A stretch of 64,000 nucleotides of DNA from a virus. Its lineage: Duplodnaviria; Caudoviricetes. The stretch's first letter is position 1, and the number at the start of each line of letters is the position of its first letter. The DNA lies in the IMG/VR virus record IMGVR_UViG_3300037483_000925, positions 20,047 through 84,046 of that record, one strand, 5' to 3'. Positions 19,133 through 29,239 of this stretch are shown here, piece after piece. Both the position numbers and the translations under genes were made by a program. Under the pieces are notes generated by a model, which was not told where the DNA came from, did not search any database, and worked only from the letters and a program-made list of their open reading frames with translations.

Positions 19133-20686
19133 TCATTGGACGGTAGCTCCCGGAACAGGGGCGGCCGTGCCAGGGGCGGCGGGCGGTCTCAGGAACGAGC
19201 CGGCCAGGCCCCCGACCGCGGACGACTGCAACGCCTGGTTCTGGAGGGCGGCCTCCACCTCGACCGGGTCGATGTCCTCGTTGAGCCAGCCCTTGTCCTG
19301 GAGCACGGTGATGGCTGTCTTGGTATCCAGCAGGATCTTCTGGGGGCAGCCTGCGGCCTTGAGCACCTGGTCGATGTCCTGGAGGGACAGGGTGATGCCC
19401 CTCAAATCCACCTTCACGGACCCGCCGGCGTCCTTGCCCTTGCCCAGCCACCTGGCGGTGTAGGCCAGTGCTGTCTCCAGGCAGTCCCGGAGGCGAAGGG
19501 CGGCCACCTGGAGCTGGCTGGTGGTCTTGGCCTCGTTGATGGCCTCGCCCGTGGCCGTGGGTGCCTGCCCGGTCCGGGGCATGAGCATCCTGAGCCCATA
19601 CTTGGCCATGTCCTCCTTCAGGTCCTGGAGGTCAGTCCTGGCGGAAGTTATGGCTGCCCCGGAATGCTCGGCGTAATAGAATTTGGCATTCTCACTGGTC
19701 GACTTGCAGACAGTCAAGGGACCGAGCGTGATCTCAGTCTCGTCGGTGATTATGCCCGTGGCACAGAAGATGGGGAAGCAGGCCACAGTCATGACGTTGT
19801 CATAGTCCGACTGCTTCTGGAAATGCCGGATGCTCTGGTAGGCCAGGTCCAGGAGCGGGGGTATGGCAGTCATGAAGCCGTTGTCCTCGTCGGCGTAGAA
19901 TGTCACCAGGGGAATGTAATTCAGGGGCTTGCCATCGTACCCGACTATGGGGCCGCCGCCGTTGCCCGAGGGGTCGCCCTCCTTGATTTCCTTCCACTGG
20001 CCGTCCTCGTCCTTGCGGAAGATGCGGAACCTGCCCGGCTCCAGGACTCGGATCTGTTCCTCGGCGGTGGTCCCGAATTCCCCGTCCTCCTCCTCGACCG
20101 CCTCCCTGATCCGGACCTGGGAGAGGACCGGCCTGCCGCCCTCCATCTTGTACCTCCAGGCGAAGACCTGGGAGGCCCGGTACATCACCCAGTAGGGGCG
20201 ATGCCCAGCGGCCTTTTTCTCGGCCTCAGTCCCGATCCCGGGCGGGATGGGGGTGGAGTCCACCAGGAGATGGACCAGGCCGGACCTGAGCCCCTGCTTG
20301 AACAGGTTCTGGGCGAATACCTGGAAGTGGTTGCCCTCCCGGTCGATGTCCTCCATCAGTCCGGGCTCTGCGTCTGTGCCCAGGATTTCCACGGGCACGT
20401 CCTCGTCCAGGGCCGGGGGTTTGGAGAAGACCTTGCCGGTGAGCATGCCCACGGTATCCTCAAAGGCGTCGTAGAGGGTGGCCTGCATCCAGCGCCGCTT
20501 GTAGTTCTCTGGCTTCTCGTCGGCGAACTTGGGCAGGTAGGCGTCGTGCTCCTCCCGGAGCCGGGCGGTACCCTGACGGAGGTCGTCCACCAGCTTGAGC
20601 CAGGGCTCCATTATCAGATATTGGTCGTGCTTCTGATCGACGCCCTTGGCGGGATTGGCGAGCAGCTCGACGGTATTGGCCATCAC
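19133..20686 (-). CDS. Portal protein (DUF4055-type)
   Basis: 517 aa; YLP...E...Y..R...A..Y, PPLLDLA..SI.H.Q..SD, TATGE motifs. Confidence 0.88.
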   Translation of the reverse strand: MMANTVELLANPAKGVDQKHDQYLIMEPWLKLVDDLRQGTARLREEHDAYLPKFADEKPENYKRRWMQATLYDAFEDTVGMLTGKVFSKPPALDEDVPVEILGTDAEPGLMEDIDREGNHFQVFAQNLFKQGLRSGLVHLLVDSTPIPPGIGTEAEKKAAGHRPYWVMYRASQVFAWRYKMEGGRPVLSQVRIREAVEEEDGEFGTTAEEQIRVLEPGRFRIFRKDEDGQWKEIKEGDPSGNGGGPIVGYDGKPLNYIPLVTFYADEDNGFMTAIPPLLDLAYQSIRHFQKQSDYDNVMTVACFPIFCATGIITDETEITLGPLTVCKSTSENAKFYYAEHSGAAITSARTDLQDLKEDMAKYGLRMLMPRTGQAPTATGEAINEAKTTSQLQVAALRLRDCLETALAYTARWLGKGKDAGGSVKVDLRGITLSLQDIDQVLKAAGCPQKILLDTKTAITVLQDKGWLNEDIDPVEVEAALQNQALQSSAVGGLAGSFLRPPAAPGTAAPVPGATVQ

Positions 20687-20949
20687 TTGACCCCCTTCTT
20701 GGATTTGGTCGGTTTCCTAACTACCGGCTTAGCCTGGGACATGTCGGGAGCCTTGGCCGCCACCTTGGCCATGGCCTTGGCCTCCTTAGCCTGCTTATCC
20801 GCCATGACCTGGGCTTCCTTTGCGGCCGCGGCCAGCCTCTTGGGATCCTTCATGATTACCTGGGACTCTGCCAAAGTCCGGGCATCGGACTCCGCTTGCC
20901 ACTTCCTGTCCTGAGCCGTCATCTTGGGCTGCGATGCTGTAATTGCCAT
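20683..20949 (-). CDS. Small basic protein upstream of portal
   Basis: KWQAESDARTL...; GTGA-coupled to portal. Confidence 0.65.
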   Translation of the reverse strand: MAITASQPKMTAQDRKWQAESDARTLAESQVIMKDPKRLAAAAKEAQVMADKQAKEAKAMAKVAAKAPDMSQAKPVVRKPTKSKKGVK

Positions 20950-20952
20950 AGA

Positions 20953-21589
20953 TTATTCCTCCTTGATCTCTCCCCTGAAATCCAGGTTGTTGTCGACGAA
21001 TACCTGGTAAAGGCCCTGGGCCATAGCCTCGGTCACCGTCTCCTTATCCTCCAGGCCGGGACAGAAGCAGAGATGGATGGCATGGTTGATCTCATGCAGC
21101 AGAATGGCCCACTTCTTGGACTCGCAGATGGCCACCCCGCCGGCGTCGACGCCGGCAACATGGATTTCGTTCACATGATTGTGGCAACGACCATAGAGAT
21201 CTTCCCGATCGTTGAACAGGTAAGGGAACCTGACATTCATGTCATGGCCCCCGACCCTGATCCTTTTCGGGAACCGGTCTCCGATCAGAAAAGCGGGATT
21301 GTCCAACAAAACCTGGGTCCAACCGCGGCCCAAACCCGGAGCGACATTTTCCGGGACCTCATCGATGTCGTAGTAGACATGAAGAACATAACAAAGAATC
21401 TCGGCAATGAGATAACCCTTGATCCTGGAATCCGCATACCTGACCCCCGGACTGATTGAACCCGGAAATCCTGATTTGGCAAGCGGCCGTATCCCCCTGG
21501 CTACAATAGCCACCCCCTTCCCTGAACTGGTAGGGAAACAGCACCTCCACCCTGTGGCCGCCGATCTTCAGCTCCTTGGGGAAGACCAT
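20953..21589 (-). pseudogene. Tandem zincin-like two-domain protein interrupted by a +1 frameshift
   Basis: Two repeats of FPK.(I/L)(K/R)(I/V)GGH..V.FPY.F; HEINH in domain 2; frame changes at a G5 run (21444-21448). Confidence 0.6.
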
Positions 21590-21897
21590 CAGCAGCTCCC
21601 CTGGACCAAGAATCCGGTAATCAGGTAGGCATGGACCTCGTTGTCTAGCATGTACTCGACATTGGCCCCGCTGAGGCGGCCCACGATGAAGAGCCAACCG
21701 GACCAATGCCATTTATCGCTCATCATCGCCATCATTGTCCTCCGACATGACCCTGATCAGGGGGATCATGGCCTCGAACTCCCCGGCCCTGGCCAGGCAG
21801 CCGTCCAGGTACTCGTCGGAGATGGGACCAATGTCCGGCTTCATGGTAAATTGCCACAGGCCAAACTCACAGCAGGGACCGGACATGGGATTCTCCT

Positions 21898-22278
21898 TTA
21901 CCATGGCGAGATGTCGGACTTGAACAGCCCGTGCTCGTCCAGGTTCTCGAGGGGCTTGGCCCCTCCTTTTATTATAGCGAATTTCCCGAATTCCCTAACA
22001 ACGGCATGGGGCTTCTCCCCGGCACAGGGTCTGCCCCCATCCCTGATCCTCTTGACTTCGGCCCACCCGGGCCAAGCATCGATGAAATCGCCCAGGGCCA
22101 TGACCAGCCAGGCCGAGAAATCATCCTCCATGTCCTTGGGCAGGAGCCCGGGCTGAGTCTCCAGCTGGATCTCGCCGGCGTCCTCGGCCACCCTGATATG
22201 GGCCTTGAAGATGCGGCCGCACCTGGCCCTGCCGAAGTTCCACCACTCGCACTTGAGGCACCGCTCGGGCGTGGTCAT
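21898..22278 (-). CDS. Hypothetical protein with an N-terminal CxxC
   Basis: RBS present; lies between terL and portal. Confidence 0.55.
   Translation of the reverse strand: MTTPERCLKCEWWNFGRARCGRIFKAHIRVAEDAGEIQLETQPGLLPKDMEDDFSAWLVMALGDFIDAWPGWAEVKRIRDGGRPCAGEKPHAVVREFGKFAIIKGGAKPLENLDEHGLFKSDISPW
21969..21984 (-). promoter_or_regulatory. Phage promoter motif copy (AAATTCGCTATAATAA)
   Basis: Matches the consensus; followed by GGAGG. Confidence 0.6.
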
Positions 22279-22297
22279 GGATTGTCCCCCTCTGTTA

Positions 22298-23764
22298 TCA
22301 ATAGCTCGCCTGCTGGACCGTGGTCACCTGAACTGGGGTCATGATCTCGTATCTGGAATCGTCGTAAACATGGTCCTCGGCATTGGTATCGACGTCATCC
22401 AGCTTCTTGGGGTCCCTGGGTAGGACCGGCACTGTCCTGATGAAATGGCGGCAGGTGTCGAACGTGAAGAGCCCCGGCTCCTCCATGGGAACCTTGGTGG
22501 CCGCCCTGAGCATCATCCTGAACCTCTCCAAACCCGTCTGCCTGGACCCGGGGCGCTTGTCGGCGGCGACCCAGCGGACCCCCACCCGGGCCATGTCCGC
22601 GGCTATGGTGCTGTCAGAATCGAAGATGGAGGCGTCGGCCGGGCCTGGCCTGATCTGGGTCCTGTAGGGCAAAAACTTCTCGATCTCCATAATCCCCCGG
22701 GCAATCTCCGGGGCCAGCATCTTGCAGCCCACGTCCGGGTCCTTGCCATTCCACCCGTACCATTCCGCCAGCCTGATCCGGGAGCCGGAGTAGAAGGTCC
22801 TGACCTTGTCCCCCGCCTGGACCTGGGAGCCGTCGGCGATCCCCCACCAGCCCACGGAGAAGGGCTTGCTGCTGCCCCAGTCGAAGGACCTGGACACCCT
22901 CCAGGTATGCGGGATCTTGAATGGAGGCAGGATGTGCACGGCCGGGTCCCAGACGTCGTCTATGGCCCCGCCGGCCACGATGTCCCAGATGCCCCACCTG
23001 AGGGCCTTGACCATGGACGCCGACCCTGCCCCGGACAGCCTGTCCTCGTAGGTGGGGTCGTTCCGGAGCTGGGTAGGGTTGTCCTCCAGCAAGGACAGGA
23101 TATACTGCCGCCTCATGCCCCCGTCCTCGGGCGGCATCTGGGTTATCCTACCCATGGGGGCAATGTCCACGAAATCGGCCTTGACCCAGTTGTGGCCGAT
23201 GCCCCCGGGGTTGGCGCTGGTCAGGATGCGGGGGAACAGGCCCCTGAATTGCCCGGAGAGCTCGAGGCCGCCGAGCCTGACCTGGGCACGCAGGAACTTG
23301 TAGACGTCCTTGCTCCACTGCTCCAGCTGGTCGATCATGAGGACGTGGATCTCGGCCCCCTGGTAGTTGTTCATGTCCGTATCGTGCTGGCAGTGGCAGA
23401 GGTGGATCTTGCTCCCGTTCCAGAACTGGAACGAGTTCTTGCCCGTGAACTTGACATCGCCCCACACCATCAAGGGGCGAAGCAGGGAGAACAGTGAGCT
23501 GGGGCCGTCCATGTGGTTCCGCCAAAGATCGGGGAAGATGCGACGGAAGAGGTAGACCTGAAGGCCGGGGATTGCGTAGCACCAGCTTATGGCGGCGGCC
23601 CTCATCAGGTGGCTCTTGCCCCCGCCCTTGGCCCCGCCGAACATGATCTCGGTGGCCTCGGACTGGAAGGCAAAGGCCTGCTTGGGATGGAGGCCGAGGT
23701 TGACATCGCCCTCGACGGGGGTGAAGGATTCCGCCGAATGGTATTGGAGGTCGGCGTTAATCAA
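22298..23764 (-). CDS. terL: Terminase large subunit
   Basis: GGAKGGGKS Walker A, SANPGG, FDWG RNase H-like motif, EDHVYDDSRY C-terminal motif. Confidence 0.95.
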   Translation of the reverse strand: MINADLQYHSAESFTPVEGDVNLGLHPKQAFAFQSEATEIMFGGAKGGGKSHLMRAAAISWCYAIPGLQVYLFRRIFPDLWRNHMDGPSSLFSLLRPLMVWGDVKFTGKNSFQFWNGSKIHLCHCQHDTDMNNYQGAEIHVLMIDQLEQWSKDVYKFLRAQVRLGGLELSGQFRGLFPRILTSANPGGIGHNWVKADFVDIAPMGRITQMPPEDGGMRRQYILSLLEDNPTQLRNDPTYEDRLSGAGSASMVKALRWGIWDIVAGGAIDDVWDPAVHILPPFKIPHTWRVSRSFDWGSSKPFSVGWWGIADGSQVQAGDKVRTFYSGSRIRLAEWYGWNGKDPDVGCKMLAPEIARGIMEIEKFLPYRTQIRPGPADASIFDSDSTIAADMARVGVRWVAADKRPGSRQTGLERFRMMLRAATKVPMEEPGLFTFDTCRHFIRTVPVLPRDPKKLDDVDTNAEDHVYDDSRYEIMTPVQVTTVQQASY

Positions 23765-24330
23765 TCCCCCTCCCCATACCCATTGGCCTCCACAGGCAGT
23801 TGCCCCTGGGCCAGGACCTTAACATCCCCCTGCTCCAGGTACAGGTTGATCTGGGGCCTCTGGTCACCGCCCCTCTGCCTGTTGTCCTGCTCGTACAGGC
23901 CCAGGTGCTTGGACAGCCTCTCCAGGGCGGCGCCCTTGGGCCAGAGGGTGAACTTGGTACGGCGCCTGACCACCTGGAGGTCACTGTCCTCGCTCAGACT
24001 CTTGATCACATCCTCTTCTATCTGGAAGGATTGTATGGCGTAGGCTATCTCGTCAGGGATGTCGGCAGGGCACCCGGGTATGAGCCTGATATCGCTGAAG
24101 GCCAGGTGCATCTCCTCCTGGAGGATGTTCTCCACCAAGGTCTTTGCCCTAAGCTCAAGTAGCTGCCTGCATTCCTTGGAGACAGCATCTCCCACCTTTG
24201 CCTTCCTACCTTTAGTGCCTGGTGGCCTGCCCCCGTTCGGGTTCCTTGTGCCCGGAGGTCTCCCCCTTGGACGTTTGCCGTTTCCATTGCCTGGGGTGGG
24301 GTAGGCTACTCTCTTGATGCCATCGTCCAA
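23761..24330 (-). CDS. terS: Terminase small subunit
   Basis: GRPPG repeats, AFSDI, K..ALE.L.KHLGL; ATGA-coupled to terL. Confidence 0.8.
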   Translation of the reverse strand: MDDGIKRVAYPTPGNGNGKRPRGRPPGTRNPNGGRPPGTKGRKAKVGDAVSKECRQLLELRAKTLVENILQEEMHLAFSDIRLIPGCPADIPDEIAYAIQSFQIEEDVIKSLSEDSDLQVVRRRTKFTLWPKGAALERLSKHLGLYEQDNRQRGGDQRPQINLYLEQGDVKVLAQGQLPVEANGYGEGD

Positions 24331-24472
24331 AATTAATTAATTCCCCTAAAATTAAATTTTAAATCTATTATAAATAAAAAAATTAATTTTACCTAAGATA
24401 AAAATTAAATTAATTAATTCTCTTTATCTTTTTCCCAAAATATTATATAATCCAAAATAAGGGAGAAAGCTT
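24331..24472. promoter_or_regulatory. Very AT-rich divergent control region between the two genome arms
   Basis: Almost purely A/T, with several AT palindromes; separates the minus and plus operons. Confidence 0.65.
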
Positions 24473-25108
24473 ATGAATGAATATTACGTCTACATTCTAA
24501 GGCGTCCAGACCGAACCGACCAATTCGATCAGGATAAGGGCGAACCATTCTGGGTGGGCAAGGGGCAGGGTGACAGAATAGATCGGCACCGCCAAGAGGC
24601 CGAAAAAACTTATAAAAGACCCGGAGTTAAATCTATCAAAGATAGGATAATCCATAAATTATGGGATGCCGGTCTTGACTATACAGAGGATTATTTCATT
24701 ATCAATTGCTCGGAAGAGGATGCCTTTTTATATGAGGGACAGGTCATAGAAGCATATGGCCGAATTGATTTAGGGACTGGCTGCTTAGCCAATAGGACCA
24801 ACGGCAGCGAGATAATAATCCCTGGTGACGAGCCGTTATCCATCCAAGAACTCCTCAAACCTCTTCCCCGTATAAACAAAGCATCTCAAGGAACCCCCCA
24901 TCCACTAAAGGCTTTCTTTAGGAGTCACGGAATCGGCCAAGTACACCTCTGTAATTTGTTAAAAATATACGGGCTTCACCAATCATCCCTGTCAAAATGG
25001 CTATCCGGAGTAGCGCCTATGCCTCCAGAAATCGAAGAAAGGCTCCAAGCCGTTGCCGACGCCATCACTATCGAGGAATCAAAAAAAATTAAACACAGGG
25101 CAAAATAA
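24473..25108 (+). CDS. GIY-YIG-like domain fused to a C-terminal XRE-like HTH
   Basis: YVYIL...PFWVGKG.G.R..H; C-terminal LHQSSLSKWLSG..P. N-domain is homologous to 47764..48489. Confidence 0.7.
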   Translation: MNEYYVYILRRPDRTDQFDQDKGEPFWVGKGQGDRIDRHRQEAEKTYKRPGVKSIKDRIIHKLWDAGLDYTEDYFIINCSEEDAFLYEGQVIEAYGRIDLGTGCLANRTNGSEIIIPGDEPLSIQELLKPLPRINKASQGTPHPLKAFFRSHGIGQVHLCNLLKIYGLHQSSLSKWLSGVAPMPPEIEERLQAVADAITIEESKKIKHRAK

Positions 25109-25111
25109 TTC

Positions 25112-25144
25112 TTGACTTTTCTAATAATTAATATATTATATAAT
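25112..25144 (+). promoter_or_regulatory. Sigma70-like early promoter
   Basis: TTGACT followed by TATTAT (16-nt spacer) or TATAAT (21-nt spacer) in an AT-rich intergenic region. Confidence 0.5.
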
Positions 25145-25287
25145 CAAGATTAAGGATTAAGGCCCTTTGACAATCGAATAAAGGCTGGCCGGGTGCAACA
25201 GAGAGATTAGGGCTCCAGGCACCAAAGGTAAACGGGCAGCAGGCAGCCGGGACAAGCGCCGCCGGACAAAGACCAAAGGAGAGGAAA

Positions 25288-25569
25288 ATGACACCCCAAG
25301 AATTCAACAAGATGGTAGGCAAAGAGGTCACTGACAAAGAGCACAACATCATCCAGACGGTCTATACCTTCCATCCCGCCATTAACGATGTAGACGGCAA
25401 AGGGCAAATCGCCAAGCTGTACCTGGAATTCGGCATGACCATCATCGAGGACATGCTGCCCAGGGCAGAAAAGATGATGCTCCTGGAGCGGGAGTTGTTC
25501 AAGGCCCAAACGGAGCTGGACCGGATCAAGAACGAGATAGTCAAAAATTCACAGTGCAAATATTCTTAA
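25288..25569 (+). CDS. Hypothetical early protein
   Basis: Strong RBS; first gene after the early promoter. Confidence 0.65.
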   Translation: MTPQEFNKMVGKEVTDKEHNIIQTVYTFHPAINDVDGKGQIAKLYLEFGMTIIEDMLPRAEKMMLLERELFKAQTELDRIKNEIVKNSQCKYS

Positions 25570-25701
25570 TCAACTTTGACCCACACCAAGGCCGGGAGCC
25601 CAGGTTGCCGGTCTTGGATGTTGGCCAAAATTACCTTAATGAAGAAGCCACCAAATAAAGAACTTCTAACCCCCAACCCAAATTTTAGAGGAGACCAAGC
25701 C

Positions 25702-25983
25702 ATGAGCGAGATCGACAACCGGAGCTTCATTCACGTCAGGATGAACCTGTTGATCCCCAAGGGGGAGCGGCGGCACTACTCCCTGACCCCCGTCAAGGGC
25801 GGCACAATGATCCACAACGGGGCAGACAGCACGGGCAAGCGCCCTCCCCACAGTCTGCGGAGCCTGTATGAGAAGCTGTCCCAGGACGGGGACACCATCG
25901 AGCGGTACACCCTGGCCTGGGATGCCGAGGCCAACGAGATCCGCCTGGGGTTCAGGCCCCTGGGTCAGGAAGTGTTGAGATGA
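25702..25983 (+). CDS. Hypothetical early protein
   Basis: GAGGAG RBS before the ATG at 25702. Confidence 0.6.
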   Translation: MSEIDNRSFIHVRMNLLIPKGERRHYSLTPVKGGTMIHNGADSTGKRPPHSLRSLYEKLSQDGDTIERYTLAWDAEANEIRLGFRPLGQEVLR

Positions 25984-26827
25984 GAACCATCATAACGGAC
26001 AAGCCACCAGTCAAGCCAGGGCCGAGGGCCGGGAAATGACCCTCTGGAAGGGCAAGTTCAACTGGTTCGGGGAGGTCCTGGTCCTCCATACCCATGCCCC
26101 CACCCGGGCCAGGGCCTTCCTCAACTTCTGCACCCAGGTGGGAAAGAGAGTAGGATATTCGGCCTACAGAATCAAGAACCATTTCCGGGACTCGGTCCGT
26201 TACGAGCTGGCTGAGATTAAGGAGGATTGAGATGAAATACAATGAATTTCTGGTTGATATGGGGTTAGAAACCATATGCCATCACTGTAACGGGAATGAA
26301 AACGGGTGCGGAGAATGTAATGGCCATGGATGGGTTCCAACAGAATTAGGCAAGGCAATTATCCTACTAATCAAAAGGTGGATAAATATAAAATGAGATC
26401 CTTCCTCTACAGACTGGCCCGGCTCCTGGGGGATATCAATGCCGTCTCCCGGGGATCGGCGGCCATCGGCAGGCGCATCGGGCGCAGGATCGCCGGCAAG
26501 GTCACCGGCAGGTTCCTATGGAGGATATTCAGATGACCAACGCCGAGAGGGGCCGGGTGATCCAGGAGGCCCAGGCCAAGTTCTACGCCTGGGAGCCGGG
26601 GGGGATCGACAATCCGTTCCAGCAGTTCAAGTGCTGGCACATCGAGCCCTATCCCCGGATGTCGAATGACCGCTGCCGGGCCAGGGCCAAGAAACCGGAG
26701 CTCTACGAAGGGGCTGGCTGCTCCCTGGCCTGCCCCCGATGGAAGCACTACCGGAAATTGTTCAAGAAGGAAGCCAAGGACGATGGAATCATAAGGAGGG
26801 CATATCCTCCGGACAGGAGCCAACCCA

Positions 26828-27334
26828 ATGTCTGACCACTTCCTGCAATACCAGAACCTGATCCGGCAGAAGGCCTGGGCCAGGGTCCGGAGCAACCCGG
26901 CCCTGGACTTCCAGGAACTCTGTTCCGAGGGGAACTTGGCCTACTGCGAGGCCCTCCAAACCCATGACCCGGCCAGGGGCCAGTTCTCCACGCACCTGAC
27001 CTGGAGGCTGAAGCACCGCTTGGGTAGGGCCAATTCCAGGGCCATCGACCAAGACAACCATACCACGGCCCTGGATGAGGCCTTCCAGGTCCCGGACCCC
27101 TCCTGCTCTCTGGAGGCCGGGAGCTTCCGGGCCGGGGTTGAGGGGCTCGGGGCCGAGGCCCGGGAGGTGGTGGACCTGATCCTGGGCAGTGCCGGGGAAC
27201 TGGCCGACTTCACCGCCTCAAGTGTAAAAGCCACCAGGGGCCACATCCGGGACTACCTCAAGTCCCTGAAGTGGCCGGGTAGGAAGATTGACGAGGTCAT
27301 CGGCGAGATCAAGAATATGCTCAGGAATCTGTAG
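26828..27334 (+). CDS. Sigma70 region 2-like phage sigma factor or transcription regulator
   Basis: QELCSEGNLAYCEALQTHDPARGQFSTHLTW resembles the region 2 pattern DL.QEG..A...A...YDP.RG.FSTY..W. Confidence 0.7.
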   Translation: MSDHFLQYQNLIRQKAWARVRSNPALDFQELCSEGNLAYCEALQTHDPARGQFSTHLTWRLKHRLGRANSRAIDQDNHTTALDEAFQVPDPSCSLEAGSFRAGVEGLGAEAREVVDLILGSAGELADFTASSVKATRGHIRDYLKSLKWPGRKIDEVIGEIKNMLRNL

Positions 27335-27348
27335 ACTGGCTATAATAT
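27333..27348 (+). promoter_or_regulatory. Phage promoter motif copy (AGACTGGCTATAATAT)
   Basis: Upstream of the SF2 helicase RBS. Confidence 0.7.
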
Positions 27349-27364
27349 AGGTAAAGGAAAACCA

Positions 27365-28792
27365 ATGATCATCACCATCTCCAATAATATCCACCTCCCC
27401 ATGACTGGAATTCGGCCAGGGGTAGCGCACGAAATCAAGCGGCGGCTCACCTTCAAAAACCCAGCCTATGGCGAGGCCCTGGGCAGACTCAGGGCCATGG
27501 GCAGGGACGGCAGGCCCTACAACATCCCCGAGGAGATCAGGGGCTGGCGAGAATCCAATGGCCACCTGATCCTTCCTCGGGGATGTGCCGCCGACATCCA
27601 GAACTTGCTGACGGCCATGGATATCGAATACGAAATCCAGAACCGGACCAGGAAATTGCCCGAGGTTAATTTCTTATTCTTGAGCTATCTCAGGGCCGCC
27701 CAAGAACCAGCCGTAAGCGCTATCCTTTCCCGGAGATTCGGTACCATCTGCTCCCCCACGGGCTCCGGCAAGACGGTCATGGGCCTGTACTGCATCGCCC
27801 AGAGGCGGCAACCGGCCTTGGTAGTGGTCCATACCACCGCCCTGTTAAAACAATGGATAGATCGGGCGGTCCAGTTCCTGGGACTGGACCCGGGCAAAAT
27901 CGGCATCATCGGCCAGGGATCCAGGACCGTGGGCAAGCGGCTGACCGTGGCCCTGGTCCAAACCCTGAGGAAATGTGCCGCCGACATTGCCCCCAGGATC
28001 GGGCACCTGATTGTGGATGAATGCCACCACCAGGCAGCATCCACCTATACCGAAGCAGTGGCCCCATTTGATGCCGCCTACGCCCTGGGCCTGAGCGCCA
28101 CCCATAAGCGCAGGGATGGCCTGACCCTGCTCATCTACTGGTACGTGGGGCCTCTGGTGTATGAGGTGGCCCGGAGCACCCTGGTCAGGGACGGCGACAT
28201 CATCCAGGTGGAGCCAGTGATCAGGGAGACGGAATTTTCGCCCAGCCCGGAGATCGACCCCACCTGGCAGAGGGCAGCGTTGATGAAGGAGCTATGTGAG
28301 GATGATAATAGAACAGCTAGAATAGCCAACGACGTTATCATGGAAGTTGTCTCTGGAGGCTCCTGCATAGTTCTCAGTGACAGAAAATCTCACTGTTATA
28401 GAATAGCCGAAATGATAAGCTGGTTTCCGTCTAACAATATTCAGGCTGAAGTCTGTACAGGGGATACTCCTAAACCGGAGCAGGAGGCCATGATCCAGGC
28501 CATGAATGACGGCAGGCTCCAGGTCCTGGTAGCCACGGGCCAGCTCCTGGGCGAGGGCTTCGACTGCAAGGGGCTGACGGCCCTGTTCCTGGCTACGCCC
28601 ATCAAGTGGGAAGGCAGGTTAGTCCAGTTTTTGGGAAGAGTGGCAAGAAGTGCAGAGGGAAAGACAACGGCCAAGGTTTACGACTACGTGGATTCAAAAG
28701 TCCCCGTATTAATGAAGGCATACCGCTCCAGGGCCAGGACCTACAAGAAACTGGCCAAACTGGCCCAGGGGCCGACGCCAAAGGAGAAATGA
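27365..28792 (+). CDS. Superfamily 2 helicase (UvsW/XPB-like)
   Basis: SPTGSGKT, DECHH, LSAT, EGFD and QFLGR motifs. Confidence 0.92.
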   Translation: MIITISNNIHLPMTGIRPGVAHEIKRRLTFKNPAYGEALGRLRAMGRDGRPYNIPEEIRGWRESNGHLILPRGCAADIQNLLTAMDIEYEIQNRTRKLPEVNFLFLSYLRAAQEPAVSAILSRRFGTICSPTGSGKTVMGLYCIAQRRQPALVVVHTTALLKQWIDRAVQFLGLDPGKIGIIGQGSRTVGKRLTVALVQTLRKCAADIAPRIGHLIVDECHHQAASTYTEAVAPFDAAYALGLSATHKRRDGLTLLIYWYVGPLVYEVARSTLVRDGDIIQVEPVIRETEFSPSPEIDPTWQRAALMKELCEDDNRTARIANDVIMEVVSGGSCIVLSDRKSHCYRIAEMISWFPSNNIQAEVCTGDTPKPEQEAMIQAMNDGRLQVLVATGQLLGEGFDCKGLTALFLATPIKWEGRLVQFLGRVARSAEGKTTAKVYDYVDSKVPVLMKAYRSRARTYKKLAKLAQGPTPKEK

Positions 28793-28924
28793 AATGAAGA
28801 ACTCATGGTCGGATATCCGCAAGGCCCGCCGTGGTCCAGAACATTGGACTGCTGCCTGGTATATCTGGCTTGGATGGATCACAATCGGAGCCATAATTGG
28901 ATATGGCTTGGGAAGGGCTTTCTG

Positions 28925-29239
28925 ATGGTCTTCTATCGGTATGACCAGATCGAATTTGAAGACGGTCCACGATTAAGCGAAACGACTTTCGGGCTTATTA
29001 AGGAAACCCCCTATGGCTGGTGGATCGGACATAGCCCAGACGAATGTGTCCCTGTGGGGCCAGGCAAGTGGTGGGTTAGTAAGACAGCCCGTAAACGGTT
29101 CGCATACCCCACCAAAAAAGAGGCCTTGGAAAACTTCATGGCCCGTAAGCGCAGACAAATCGCAATCCTCAACTACAAACTAGAACGTGCCGCCGAGGCC
29201 TGGGATTTGGCCGAAGCAAAACTAAAGGAGCTATCCTGA
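28925..29239 (+). CDS. Hypothetical phage protein
   Basis: LIKETPYGWWI...KRFAYPTKKEALENF. Confidence 0.6.
   Translation: MVFYRYDQIEFEDGPRLSETTFGLIKETPYGWWIGHSPDECVPVGPGKWWVSKTARKRFAYPTKKEALENFMARKRRQIAILNYKLERAAEAWDLAEAKLKELS

Noticed and set aside
19136-20914. 592-aa plus-strand ORF and many similar long antisense or alternate-frame ORFs (for example 13285..14412, 22445..23497, 36081..37064, 44255..45355, 50896..52053)
   Set aside because: These are shadows of well-supported GC3-rich genes, with no motifs or RBS.
23320-23345. TerL Walker B reads DQLEQ instead of DE
   Set aside because: DQxE-type variants occur in other terminases to my knowledge and all other motifs are intact, so this is not evidence of inactivity.
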